Made by a program: the position numbers and the translations under genes
Assembly: GCA_964016885.1 (NCBI GenBank)
Contig: OZ024757.1
Location: 6,448,001-6,512,000 of the forward strand
Direction of reading: 5' to 3'
Length of the DNA stretch: 64,000 nt
From: Eledone cirrhosa
Taxonomy: Eukaryota
Notes under the pieces: model-generated
The model's input: only the letters and a program-made list of their open reading frames with translations
Database searches by the model: none
Told to the model about the DNA's origin: nothing
Shown here: positions 38,921-48,964 of the stretch, piece after piece
Numbering within the stretch: position 1 is the stretch's first letter
Layout of the letters: each line of letters opens with the position of its first letter

Positions 38921-39859
38921 TTAAGATTTCTCCTCTGCATGTATGAGTTTGTGAGTAGCTAGGCTACTTTTCCCAGAGAATGATATACCACAGATATCAC
39001 AGTGGTATGGCTTGTCTCCTGTATGGGTACGTATGTGTCTAGTTAAGGTACTACTTCGAGAGAATGATTTACCACAGATATCACAGTGATATGGCTTGTC
39101 TCCTGTATGTATTCGTTTGTGTCTAGTTAAGGTACTATTTATAGAGAATGATTTACCACAGATATCACAGTGGTATGGCTGGTCTCCTGTATGGGTACGT
39201 TTGTGGCTAGTTAAGGTAATACTTTGAGAGAATGATTTACCACAGATATCACAGTGATATGGCTTGTCTCCTGTATGTATACGTTTGTGTTTAGTTAAGG
39301 TACCACTTACAGAGAATGATATACCACAGATTTCACAGTGATATGGCTTGTCTCTTGTATGGGTACGTATGTGGCTAGTTAAAGAACCACTTACAGAGAA
39401 TGATTTACCACAGATATCACAGTGATATGGCTTATCTACTGTATGTATATGTTTGTGTCTAGTTAAGTGACTACTTTGAGAGAATGCTTTACTACAGATG
39501 TCACAGTGGTATGGCTTGTCTCCTGTATGGGTACGTAAGTGTTTAGTTAATGCATCACTTTGAGGGAATGTTTTACCACAGATATCACAGTCATATGGCT
39601 TCTCACCTGTATGTAAATGGTTGTGACTAGTTAGGCTACTTTTCCCAGAGAATGATTTAGCACAGATATTACAGTGATATGGTTTGACTCGTGTATGTAT
39701 AACTTTGTGAGTAGTTAAGGTACTACGTATATTGAATGATTTACCACAGATATTGCAGTGATATGGTTTCTCTTCTCCAGCCTTTGTCATCTCACCAGGA
39801 ATACTAAACATTTTCGATTGTGTTTCGCATTTAACCTTTTCACTCAATTTATTTTCCAT
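38921..39859 (-). CDS. C2H2 zinc-finger protein, 10 fingers, short MENKLSEKVKCE leader
   Basis: Intact 312-aa ORF; all fingers keep their C2H2 ligands; same terminal finger GKSSLATHKLIHAEEKS as the 28-finger gene. Confidence 0.93.
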   Translation of the reverse strand: MENKLSEKVKCETQSKMFSIPGEMTKAGEEKPYHCNICGKSFNIRSTLTTHKVIHTRVKPYHCNICAKSFSGKSSLTSHNHLHTGEKPYDCDICGKTFPQSDALTKHLRTHTGDKPYHCDICSKAFSQSSHLTRHKHIHTVDKPYHCDICGKSFSVSGSLTSHIRTHTRDKPYHCEICGISFSVSGTLTKHKRIHTGDKPYHCDICGKSFSQSITLTSHKRTHTGDQPYHCDICGKSFSINSTLTRHKRIHTGDKPYHCDICGKSFSRSSTLTRHIRTHTGDKPYHCDICGISFSGKSSLATHKLIHAEEKS

Positions 39860-40559
39860 AATAATTTTATCTTCAACAGAATATACTTGTAATATTTTTT
39901 AGATTATATTCCTAAAAAATATATCTTCTATATTTCCCTCAACTGTGATTTCAGTTAATAGTCTTCAAATGATGATAAATAGAGGTGATGTATCCAAGAT
40001 TGAAAATAATAATTTATCCCAATGTCATCTGGTATTCTGAAATAAGAAAGAAACAGTATGAGATAAGAAGCAGAGATAGATTTAACTGTGGAAATTTTAT
40101 ATTTCTATGGTGGTAAACTGTAGATATCAACTTTCCTGTCCAGAGTAATTCTCTCCAATGCAAACAGTGGTATTCCAGCATGCTCTATAAATGTGATCCT
40201 TCTATATCTAGAGAGGTCTGCTCTATGGCAGTTTAGTGAAAAATTCATTCTGATAGGACTCTCTAATATAGCTATTATCTCCTCTCCTGGTGACATGACA
40301 ACACCAGTTTAACTTCCATCTTTTTATTAGTAGGAGTCAATTGTTCCTCTATATCTTTTTCTTACTTCTTTTCTATCTTTCGGCTGTGTTTAGACCAGGA
40401 GTTACGAGTCTATTTGAATCCATACAATATCTGATTTCACTTGAAGTTTGATTCAGATCTCAATTCTGTTCAAACGAGAGAGGTGATGGGCTCCATCAGG
40501 TTTTAAAATAAGCCCGAGAAATACTGTATGTCACTTCATTTGTTTAGGACTATGTCTGA

Positions 40560-41228
40560 GTTAGCCAGCCAAATATCAGTAGAAGGGAAAACGGGGCCCT
40601 GATCCCCTCAGAAAAATGGCCTTGCTCAGTGTGCTAGAAAGGTGTAGGTAGAAATTCCATTCTCTGTCCAAAATACAAACAATGGGTACACAAGAGATGT
40701 AGTGGGATCTCAGGTAGGTTAGCTAAGAATATAGGTTTTACATGTGGCCATTGCACAGGAGCAGTAAGCAGCAAACATTCACAGGAAGCAACGATTGACT
40801 TTTGTCAAATTGGACCGAGGAAACAATGTTTCCATTGGTCTTTCCAATTGCTAATACTATCTATCAGTCACAACTCCAGGTAGAAAGAGCAATGTGAAAT
40901 AAAATGTCTTGCTCAAGGACAAAACGCATCACCCGGTCGGTGAAACGAACTCACAACCTCACGATTGCGAATCCAATTCTCTAACCACTCAGCCACACGC
41001 CTTCACAGGAAACAAGCTCTAACAAACTGTTGGAGGGTCACATAGAAGAGGTAGACAGCTTCTGTTACCTGGGTGATGATATCATCAGTGGAGGTGGGTG
41101 TTCTGAAAGTAGAGCAGCCTGAGTGAACATGGAATGGAAAAGGTTCGGGATGCTACTACCATGGCAACTTACTAAAGGCTTTTTCCTCAACACAAAGGGC
41201 AGGTTGAATAATGCGTGTATACGAACAG
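40560..41228 (+). mobile_element. Old RTE fragment (PHD region) interrupted by a SINE (~40880-41003, minus)
   Basis: [21 protein letters not shown], then DSFCYLGD after the SINE. Confidence 0.85.
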
Positions 41229-41246
41229 TTTAACACACACACACAT

Positions 41247-44200
41247 ATCATCATCATTTCATCATTTCATTTTACGTCCGCTTTTTCCCTGCTTGCAAGG
41301 GTGGGACGGGAACTGATTTTTGGCTTGATTTCTACAGCTGGATGCCCTTCCTAACACCAACCTCATTTACAGTGAGTGCTGGGTGCTTTTTTGCCGTGGC
41401 ACCTCCACGACCACTTTGCAGTGGAATGATAGGGACCCCAGTCCCTATCATGCCTTGCTCATACAGGAACTGATCTGGCTTGATTTCTACAGCTGGATGC
41501 CCTTCCTAACACCAACCTCATTTACAGTGAGTGCTGGGTGCTTTTTCGTGGCGCCTACACGTCCACTTTACAGTGTGGGCTGGGTGCTTTTTTGCCGTGG
41601 CACCTCCACGACCACCTTGCGGTGGGGGGGGGGGGGCATATTGTTTATATGCTTCAGCATGTACCCATGGGAGGTCGGGTACCCTGTATTACTGCGTGAC
41701 GCCAGAAGTCACGGTCGTGTGTCATTGACTTTGAGAGGTGTAGTTGGGTAAGGTCGGCTTTTATCACCTCATCCCAAGTCATCTTGGGTCTCCCCACTCC
41801 GCGGTTTCCATCAACTTCTAGTGCTCTGCACCTTTTTATGCAGCTGTCATCCTTCATACGCATCACATGTCCATACCAGCGTAACCGCCTCTCCTGCACG
41901 CAGCATTTGATTCCTCTTATGCTCAGTCTCTCTCTCAATTCATTTATGCTTTGTCGTTCACGTATATTACTGTTACACATCCATCGGAGCATGCAGGCTT
42001 CGTTTCTCTCTAATCTACGTAAGTCTTCCACCTTCAGCGCCCAGGTCTCACTACCATGCAACATCGCTGTTCGGATACACGCATCATACAGTCTGCCTTT
42101 CATTCTGAGGGAGAAGCCTTTTGCAGCTAGCAGTGGTAGTAGTTCCCTAAACTTCTTCCATCCCGTTCTTACCCTAGTTATTGTACTTTCTGAGCACCCA
42201 CCTCCGTTGCTAATTCGGTCACCTAGGTAGCAGAAGCTGTCTACTGTTTCTACAGGGCCCTCCCAGAGATTGGTGGTACTTGTTTCCTGTGGCTGTTTGC
42301 TTGCTGTTTCAGCACAGCTGCTGCATGTGAATCCTACATTCTTAATTAAGCTTCCTGAGATCCCGCTACATCTCTTGTGTACCCATTGTTTGCATTTGGG
42401 GCAAAGAATGGAGTTCCTACCTACACCTTTCCTACATACTGAGCAAGGCCATTTCCCTGAGGGGATCTGGGTTCTGTTTTCTCGTCTACTTATAAGGACC
42501 TTAGTCTTTGTCATGTTGACTTTGAGGCCCTTTCTCTCTAGTCCCTGCTTCCAGGTTTGGAATTTATTCTCTAGTTCTACCATAGATTCAGCTATGAGTG
42601 CGAGGTCATCAGCATACAGGAGTTCCCATGGGCATCCGGTCTTAAACTCCTCCGTTATTGCCTGCAGGACTATGATGAACAGGAGAGGGCTAAGAACAGA
42701 GCCCTGGTGGACCCCAACCTGTACGCTAAATTCCTCGCTATACTCTTTGCCAATCCTAACTTTGCTGACTGCTCCCCTATACATGGCTTGTACCGCTTTC
42801 ACAAGCCATTCATCTACTCCTAGTTTTCTAAGAGCCCACCAGATTACTGCACGTGGAACTCTGTCAAAGGCTTTCTCAAGGTCAACAAATGCCAAGTAGA
42901 GTGGCTTACTTTTAGCTAGGTACTTTTCCTGTAATTGCCTCACAAGGAAGAGCGCATCAGTGGTGCCTTTCCCTGGAACAAACCCAAATTGCATCTCGTC
43001 TATATTCACCCGGTCCCTAATCAGCTGTGCTATAACTCTTTCTGTTACTTTCATGACCTGGTCCATCAACTTTATACCTCTATAGTTTCCTCTATCTAGT
43101 GCATCGCCTTTACCTTTGTAGCAGTTGACAATGATGCTACTGCACCAATCTTTTGGTATGGCCCCCTCTAGTATTACCTGGTTAACGATACGTGTGGTTA
43201 TAGTGTGACCTACAGACCCAGATGCCTTCAGCATCTCGGCAGCTATACCCGATGGACCGGTTGCCTTCCCTATCTTCATATCTCTGATTGCCTTACTTAC
43301 TACGCTGCCGCTGACTTGTACTGCTGGTCCCTCTATAGGGTCTACGTGGGGTAGGGTCTCTTCTTCCCATGCATTCTCCTCATTTAGTAATCTATCATAA
43401 TGACTCTTCCATGCATCTTTCTTCTCAGCACTTGTGAGGGCAAGCTCACCTTTATCATTCCGGATACACTTCTCTCCAATGACATCACAACTATCTCTGA
43501 CACACTGCCTCGCAATCTTGAATACCTCCTGTTTCTGGTCCTCACGTTGTAAAACATGCTTGAATTTTCTATCCTCTGCTTCCCTCCTAGCTAAGTATAC
43601 TTGTCGCCTAGCTTCCCTCTTGGTCTCTATGTAATGTACCCTGCTCCCCCCGTTCTTCCATTCTTTCCATGCCTGTCTCTTGGCCTTGACTGCTTCATCT
43701 ACCTTATTGTTCCACCACCAAGTCACTCTCCTCCTGCTTGAGGTCTTACTCCAGCCACAAACCTCATCCGTCGCCTCTAGTAAGTTATTTTTTAGGAACT
43801 CCCAGTTCTCTTCTACGTTAAATGTCTCTATCTGTTCTTCTTTACTGTCGTAGGCGTTGAGTAAAATATCTTTAAATCTGTTACTGGTTGAGGGGACTTT
43901 CAGCTTCCAGATCTTTCTTCTCCAGGTTGGCCTCTGTTTCAGGGCTCGTCTAGTTCTGACCGTGAGGTCGCTGACAACTAAGCTATGTTGGGATGTACAT
44001 TCCTCACTAGGGAAGGCTTTTGTGTTTACGACCGTCCATCTGTCACGTCCTCTGATGAGGATAAAATCTAACTGACTAGAGTGCTCCCCTGATCTATAGG
44101 TGATCAGGTGGTTGTCGGGTTTTTTAAAGTTTGTGTTACATATCGACATGTCATTGGCGTCGCAGAATTCTAGAAGTCTGAATCCTTCCTCATTCCTTGT

Positions 44201-45030
44201 GCCAACTCCATGGCCTCCATGTACTCTATTGAAGCCGTCGCAGTGTTTACCTACGTGTCCGTTAAAATCTCCTGCAATGATTAGGAAGTCCTTGTCGTCT
44301 GTTAGAGCAGTAGTGTGTATTAGGGACTCGTAAAACCTATCCCTAAGTTCGTCTGGCAGCCCCGATTGGGGTGCGTAAGCTGATATTATTGTGGTAATTG
44401 TCTTATTCAGGACTAGTCTGAGTTTAATGATTCTTGCATTTACCCTGTACACTGAGATTACTTTATCTACCCACTTGTCAGCTAATAGTATACCTACACC
44501 ACCCATCCCATCGTCATTTCCCACCCAGAAAAATTTGTAGCACTGGCTTTTTCCTACAAGGACTCTAGCAGACCCTCCTCTCCATCTAGTCTCTTGCACA
44601 CAGCATACATCAACTTCCTTTCGCTCTAGCATTTCTACGATTTCTCCTGCTCTTCCTTTCATTGAGCCTACATTGATGGTACCAACTCGGAGTTTTGGGC
44701 ATTTGTCGACACTCGTAGGGGAGGGTCTCTGGGTTGGCGCTTCACGTGGGTGCTTGGTAGCTCGCAGATTCATATTTCATCTATTGATTCAGAGTTGCTC
44801 GTGTATTCCCAGCTCATCCATCCCTAACGGTGGGAAAATTGAGGGCTAGAAGGACAGTGGTGGTGGGGTAATGGCAGGGTGTGTTGGGATGCGCCAGAGG
44901 AGGAGAGAGTTAGTTAGGCAGGTAGTAGCAGCAGCAGCAGTGGAAATGGCATGCTAGGTTTGATTGGTCGAATAGACTATGGTGGTGTGTGGGGGTGGGG
45001 GGGAGGGAAATTGTGAGGTAGGAACTGAGG
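41247..45030 (-). mobile_element. Full-length intact RTE-clade LINE (5' end may extend to 46439)
   Basis: 5' UTR with GACCAATCA, single 1039-aa ORF, ~400-bp 3' UTR, tail cggacgtaaaatgaaatgatgaaatgatgatgat; no clear TSD. Confidence 0.95.
41654..44773 (-). CDS. RTE ORF: APE endonuclease, reverse transcriptase and embedded PHD-type finger
   Basis: GTINVG, VQETRW, YAPQ, GDFNGH, LDFIL, SQH (APE); FVDLEKAFD, GVHQGSVLSP, LYADD, FCYLG (RT); CSVC-CPKC-HKRC-CSSC. Confidence 0.97.
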   Translation of the reverse strand: MNLRATKHPREAPTQRPSPTSVDKCPKLRVGTINVGSMKGRAGEIVEMLERKEVDVCCVQETRWRGGSARVLVGKSQCYKFFWVGNDDGMGGVGILLADKWVDKVISVYRVNARIIKLRLVLNKTITTIISAYAPQSGLPDELRDRFYESLIHTTALTDDKDFLIIAGDFNGHVGKHCDGFNRVHGGHGVGTRNEEGFRLLEFCDANDMSICNTNFKKPDNHLITYRSGEHSSQLDFILIRGRDRWTVVNTKAFPSEECTSQHSLVVSDLTVRTRRALKQRPTWRRKIWKLKVPSTSNRFKDILLNAYDSKEEQIETFNVEENWEFLKNNLLEATDEVCGWSKTSSRRRVTWWWNNKVDEAVKAKRQAWKEWKNGGSRVHYIETKREARRQVYLARREAEDRKFKHVLQREDQKQEVFKIARQCVRDSCDVIGEKCIRNDKGELALTSAEKKDAWKSHYDRLLNEENAWEEETLPHVDPIEGPAVQVSGSVVSKAIRDMKIGKATGPSGIAAEMLKASGSVGHTITTRIVNQVILEGAIPKDWCSSIIVNCYKGKGDALDRGNYRGIKLMDQVMKVTERVIAQLIRDRVNIDEMQFGFVPGKGTTDALFLVRQLQEKYLAKSKPLYLAFVDLEKAFDRVPRAVIWWALRKLGVDEWLVKAVQAMYRGAVSKVRIGKEYSEEFSVQVGVHQGSVLSPLLFIIVLQAITEEFKTGCPWELLYADDLALIAESMVELENKFQTWKQGLERKGLKVNMTKTKVLISRRENRTQIPSGKWPCSVCRKGVGRNSILCPKCKQWVHKRCSGISGSLIKNVGFTCSSCAETASKQPQETSTTNLWEGPVETVDSFCYLGDRISNGGGCSESTITRVRTGWKKFRELLPLLAAKGFSLRMKGRLYDACIRTAMLHGSETWALKVEDLRRLERNEACMLRWMCNSNIRERQSINELRERLSIRGIKCCVQERRLRWYGHVMRMKDDSCIKRCRALEVDGNRGVGRPKMTWDEVIKADLTQLHLSKSMTHDRDFWRHAVIQGTRPPMGTC

Positions 45031-45083
45031 GTCGCATGGTAAATATCCAAGTTAATACTACATCAGTAAAATTAACAATAATA

Positions 45084-45483
45084 ACGTCATGAAAAAAGCT
45101 ACTAAGAGAAACCCTCGAAAATTTATCGCTAATACAGCAGGGAAAATTTAACGCTAATACAGCAGGGAACATCATAATATTAACGACATGAAAAAGCTAC
45201 TAAGAGAAACCCTCGAAAATTTATCGCTAATACAGCAGGGAAAATTTAACGCTAATACAGCAGGGAACATCATAATATTAACGACATGAAAAAAGCTACT
45301 AAGAGAAACCCTCGAAAATTTATCGCTAATACAGCAGGGAAAATTTAACGCTAATACAGCAGGGAACATCATAATATTAACGACATGAAAAAGCTACTAA
45401 GAGAAACCCTCGAAAATTTATCGCTAATACAGCAGGGAAAATTTAACGCTAATACAGCAGGGAACATCATAATATTAACGACA
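45084..45483. repeat. 98/99-bp tandem array 1 (4 units)
   Basis: Unit ACGACATGA(5/6)GCTACTAAGAGAAACCCTCGAAAATTTATCGCTAATACAGCAGGGAAAATTTAACGCTAATACAGCAGGGAACATCATAATATTA. Confidence 0.97.
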
Positions 45484-45790
45484 ATATGTAGGCTAAAATA
45501 CCTTCGTAGATTAGGTGGATGGCTGGCTGGGAAAATTTGAATCAGCTCTAGTGGTACATTTTAGCAGAGAAGAATGGCAAAGTGTCTTATCTCTTCAATA
45601 TTTTCAGATTGAATGAATTAGGTTAAAGACAGGGTAGTAAGCCTTAAAGAAGTGCATAGAGGGGGGGGGGGGGTAGGAACTGAGGGTCGCATGGTAAATA
45701 ACTGAGAGAGATACAATAGGATTAGAATACCGCATGGTAAATATCCAAGTTAATAAGTTAATACTACATCAGTAAAATTAACAATAATAA

Positions 45791-46385
45791 CGTCATGAAA
45801 AAAGCTACTAAGAGAAACCCTCGAAAATTTATCGCTAATACAGCAGGGAAAATTTAACGCTAATACAGCAGGGAACATCATAATATTAACGACATGAAAA
45901 AGCTACTAAGAGAAACCCTCGAAAATTTATCGCTAATACAGCAGGGAAAATTTAACGCTAATACAGCAGGGAACATCATAATATTAACGACATGAAAAAA
46001 GCTACTAAGAGAAACCCTCGAAAATTTATCGCTAATACAGCAGGGAAAATTTAACGCTAATACAGCAGGGAACATCATAATATTAACGACATGAAAAAGC
46101 TACTAAGAGAAACCCTCGAAAATTTATCGCTAATACAGCAGGGAAAATTTAACGCTAATACAGCAGGGAACATCATAATATTAACGACATGAAAAAAGCT
46201 ACTAAGAGAAACCCTCGAAAATTTATCGCTAATACAGCAGGGAAAATTTAACGCTAATACAGCAGGGAACATCATAATATTAACGACATGAAAAAGCTAC
46301 TAAGAGAAACCCTCGAAAATTTATCGCTAATACAGCAGGGAAAATTTAACGCTAATACAGCAGGGAACATCATAATATTAACGAC
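45791..46385. repeat. 98/99-bp tandem array 2 (6 units)
   Basis: Same unit; the flanks are also duplicated (45017-45536 versus 45674-46439). Confidence 0.97.
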
Positions 46386-46485
46386 AATATGTAGGCTAAA
46401 ATACCTTCGTAGATTAGGTGGATGGCTGGCTGGGAAAATATCTATATATATATATATATATTTATAAGTGTGTATATATATACTT

Positions 46486-48458
46486 TAAGACAATGTCACT
46501 GGACTGAGATCTTTGGCACTACTCAGTAATACAGAAGACCCACCTTGCCTATGTACAAAGCGAAACCTAGTCAGTAGGCACTTCTTAACCAAATATACAC
46601 CCCCATCTCACACCCCTATCAACACCTCCCTTTCTTTGTAAATTTCTGTTGGTACCACAACATCCAGTCCTAAATAAATGAGGTCGTGTAGGTGTCACGA
46701 CAAAAAAACACACAGTCCACGCTGTAATGTGGCCGTGTAGGTAACATGGTAAAAACCTCCCAGTCCACACTGTAAACGTGGTTGGTGTTAGGAAGGATAT
46801 CCAGCCATAGAAAACCTGCCATCTAGTCCTATACAAGTGAGATACGGTCACCCGACCAATCTTACCTCAACTAAACCCGGGCTAGCGTGGAAGGTAGACG
46901 TTAAACGATGATGATGATGATGATGATGATGACAAGCAATATATATAATCTAAGTAGTATGGTATAATGAAAGCATATAATGTAGGTACAGCAGTATTCT
47001 CATAAATTGCTACAAAGGTAAAAGGGATGCTCTAGAGAGCAGCAATTATAGGGGCATAAAGCTGATGGATCAGGTTATGAAAGTGGCAGAGAGAATATTA
47101 GCGCAGCTGATTAGAGAAAGGGTCAATTTAGATGAGATGCAGTTTGGTTTTGTGCCTCAGAAAAGTACAACAGAAGCCCTCTTCTTAGTGAGGTAACTAC
47201 AAGAGAGGTTCTTAGAGAAGAATAAGTCTCTATACTTAGCTTTTGTTGACCTAGAGAAGGCCTTTGATAGGGTACCCTGATCTGTCATCTGGTGGTCCTA
47301 GGTGTAGAGGAATGGCTTGTGAGAACAGTGCTAGCTATGTACAGGGGTGCTGTCAGTAAAGTGAGGGTAGGAATGGAGTTTAGTGAGGAATTCCAGATAC
47401 AAGTAGGTGTACATCAAGGTTCGGTCCTCAGCCCACTCTTGTTTGTTATAGGCCTCCAAGCCATAACAGGAGTTTAAGACTGGATGCCCATGGGAACTTC
47501 TCTATGCTGATGATCTGGCTCTTATAGCAGAATCAGTAGAGGGTTTAGAGAATAAATTCTGGCTATGGAAACAGCAGTTGGAAGCAAGAGGACTGAGAGT
47601 GAATCTAGCTTAAACAAAAGTGTTGATAAGTAGAAAAGAGGACAAAACTCTGATTCCATCAGGGAAATGGCCATGTTTGATATATAGGAAACGAACTGGC
47701 ATAAATTCCAATAAAATGTACTCAATGCAGATGTTGGGTACACAAGAGATGTAGTGGGATAGCAGGCAAACTAACAGGTTGGGAGAACTATCTATGCAGT
47801 AGATGTACAGGGAAAGTTGGCAGTAGTAATCGCAGTGATAAACACATTTTTCAAATACAGGTGGGTTCTATAGATGTGGTTTATAGCTTCCGGTACCTAG
47901 GTGATCAGATTAGCATGGGAGGGGTTGTTCCGAGGCCATAGGATCTAAAATAAGGACGGCTTGGAAGAAGTTTATGGAGCTGCTTTCTCTGTTGACAAAG
48001 AAGGGTTACTCCCTGCATACGAAAGTACGGTTATATGATGCCTGTGTAAGACGTGCGATGCTGCATGGTAGTAAGACATGGGCAGCAACTGCAAAGGATA
48101 TGTGACGGCTGAAGAGAAGCAAGCATGCTCCGTTGGATGTGCAATATCATTGTGTGTGAACGACCAAGCATAGACGAGTTGAGAAAGAAACTGGGTATAA
48201 GAGGATAGGTTGTGGTGTGCAGGAGAGAAGACTGAGATGGTATGGACATGTGACCACTGGGTAAAGAAGTGCCAAATAATCCCAGTAGTAGGAAGACGCA
48301 GAAGAGGTAGACCACATAAAACATGGGTGGAGGTGGTGAGAGAAGACCTCAGATCGCTAAAACTCACCGAGGAGATGACAAGTGGAGAGATGCTGTGCTG
48401 AATAGGACCTGTCCCACCCTTGCAAGCAGGGAAAAACGGACGTAAAATGATGATGATA
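46486..48458 (+). mobile_element. Two RTE fragments: 3' end (46486-46932) and 5'-truncated degenerate RT-PHD copy (47003-48458)
   Basis: RTE peptide homology; two (GAT)n tails. Confidence 0.9.
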
Positions 48459-48637
48459 TATATATATATACTAGTATTCCAGTGTTTAGGGAGAGACCGA
48501 TAACATTGTTAGAACTCATTGCAGCCTTGAAGAGATGGTTTCAACAAGATTGGGTGAGGAAAGTTATAGTTTTTGTAGTAGGATCTCATCACATAAGGTT
48601 CCTTCAAAGATTCTTCTAGAGTTACAGAGTCATTTAT

Positions 48638-48942
48638 ATATATATGTGTGTGTTTTGAACAATGAAAATAAAACTAGAGACAAAGATATGTTCTTAATTA
48701 GTTCATTGTTTTATGATAATTTTAGAGGTTTGATTGATCATGGTAGATTGATATATTGACAAACAGGTAGTTGTTATGTCACTAACTATTTCTAGTCTCA
48801 AAATCCCTGATCAATCACACCGTATCAATATATTGATTTACCATGATCAATCAACCCTTTGAAACGATCGTAAAACAATGAACCATGTCTCAGACTTTTG
48901 TTTTATTTTCAATGTTCAATACCCACAAACACACATATATAA
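48638..48942. repeat. Imperfect inverted repeat, MITE-like
   Basis: ttgattgatcatggtagattgatatattga pairs with tcaatatattgatttaccatgatcaatcaa; outer arms ttgaacaatgaaaataaaac / gttttattttcaatgttcaa. Confidence 0.6.
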
Positions 48943-48964
48943 TTGACAATTTCTTTGGAATAAT

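Noticed and set aside
41784-44333. Plus-strand ORFs overlapping the RTE ORF
   Set aside because: Antisense shadows of the RT reading frame, seen in all copies.
44773-45030. HDV-like ribozyme, known from some RTE 5' UTRs
   Set aside because: Could not assemble the nested double pseudoknot by eye; needs a descriptor or covariance-model search.
45084-46385. Repeated 66-aa ORFs and a hammerhead-like CTAAGAG..CTCGAAA motif in the monomers
   Set aside because: The ORFs are a by-product of the 197-bp period; the motif lacks the CUGANGA core and I could not see stems I and III.
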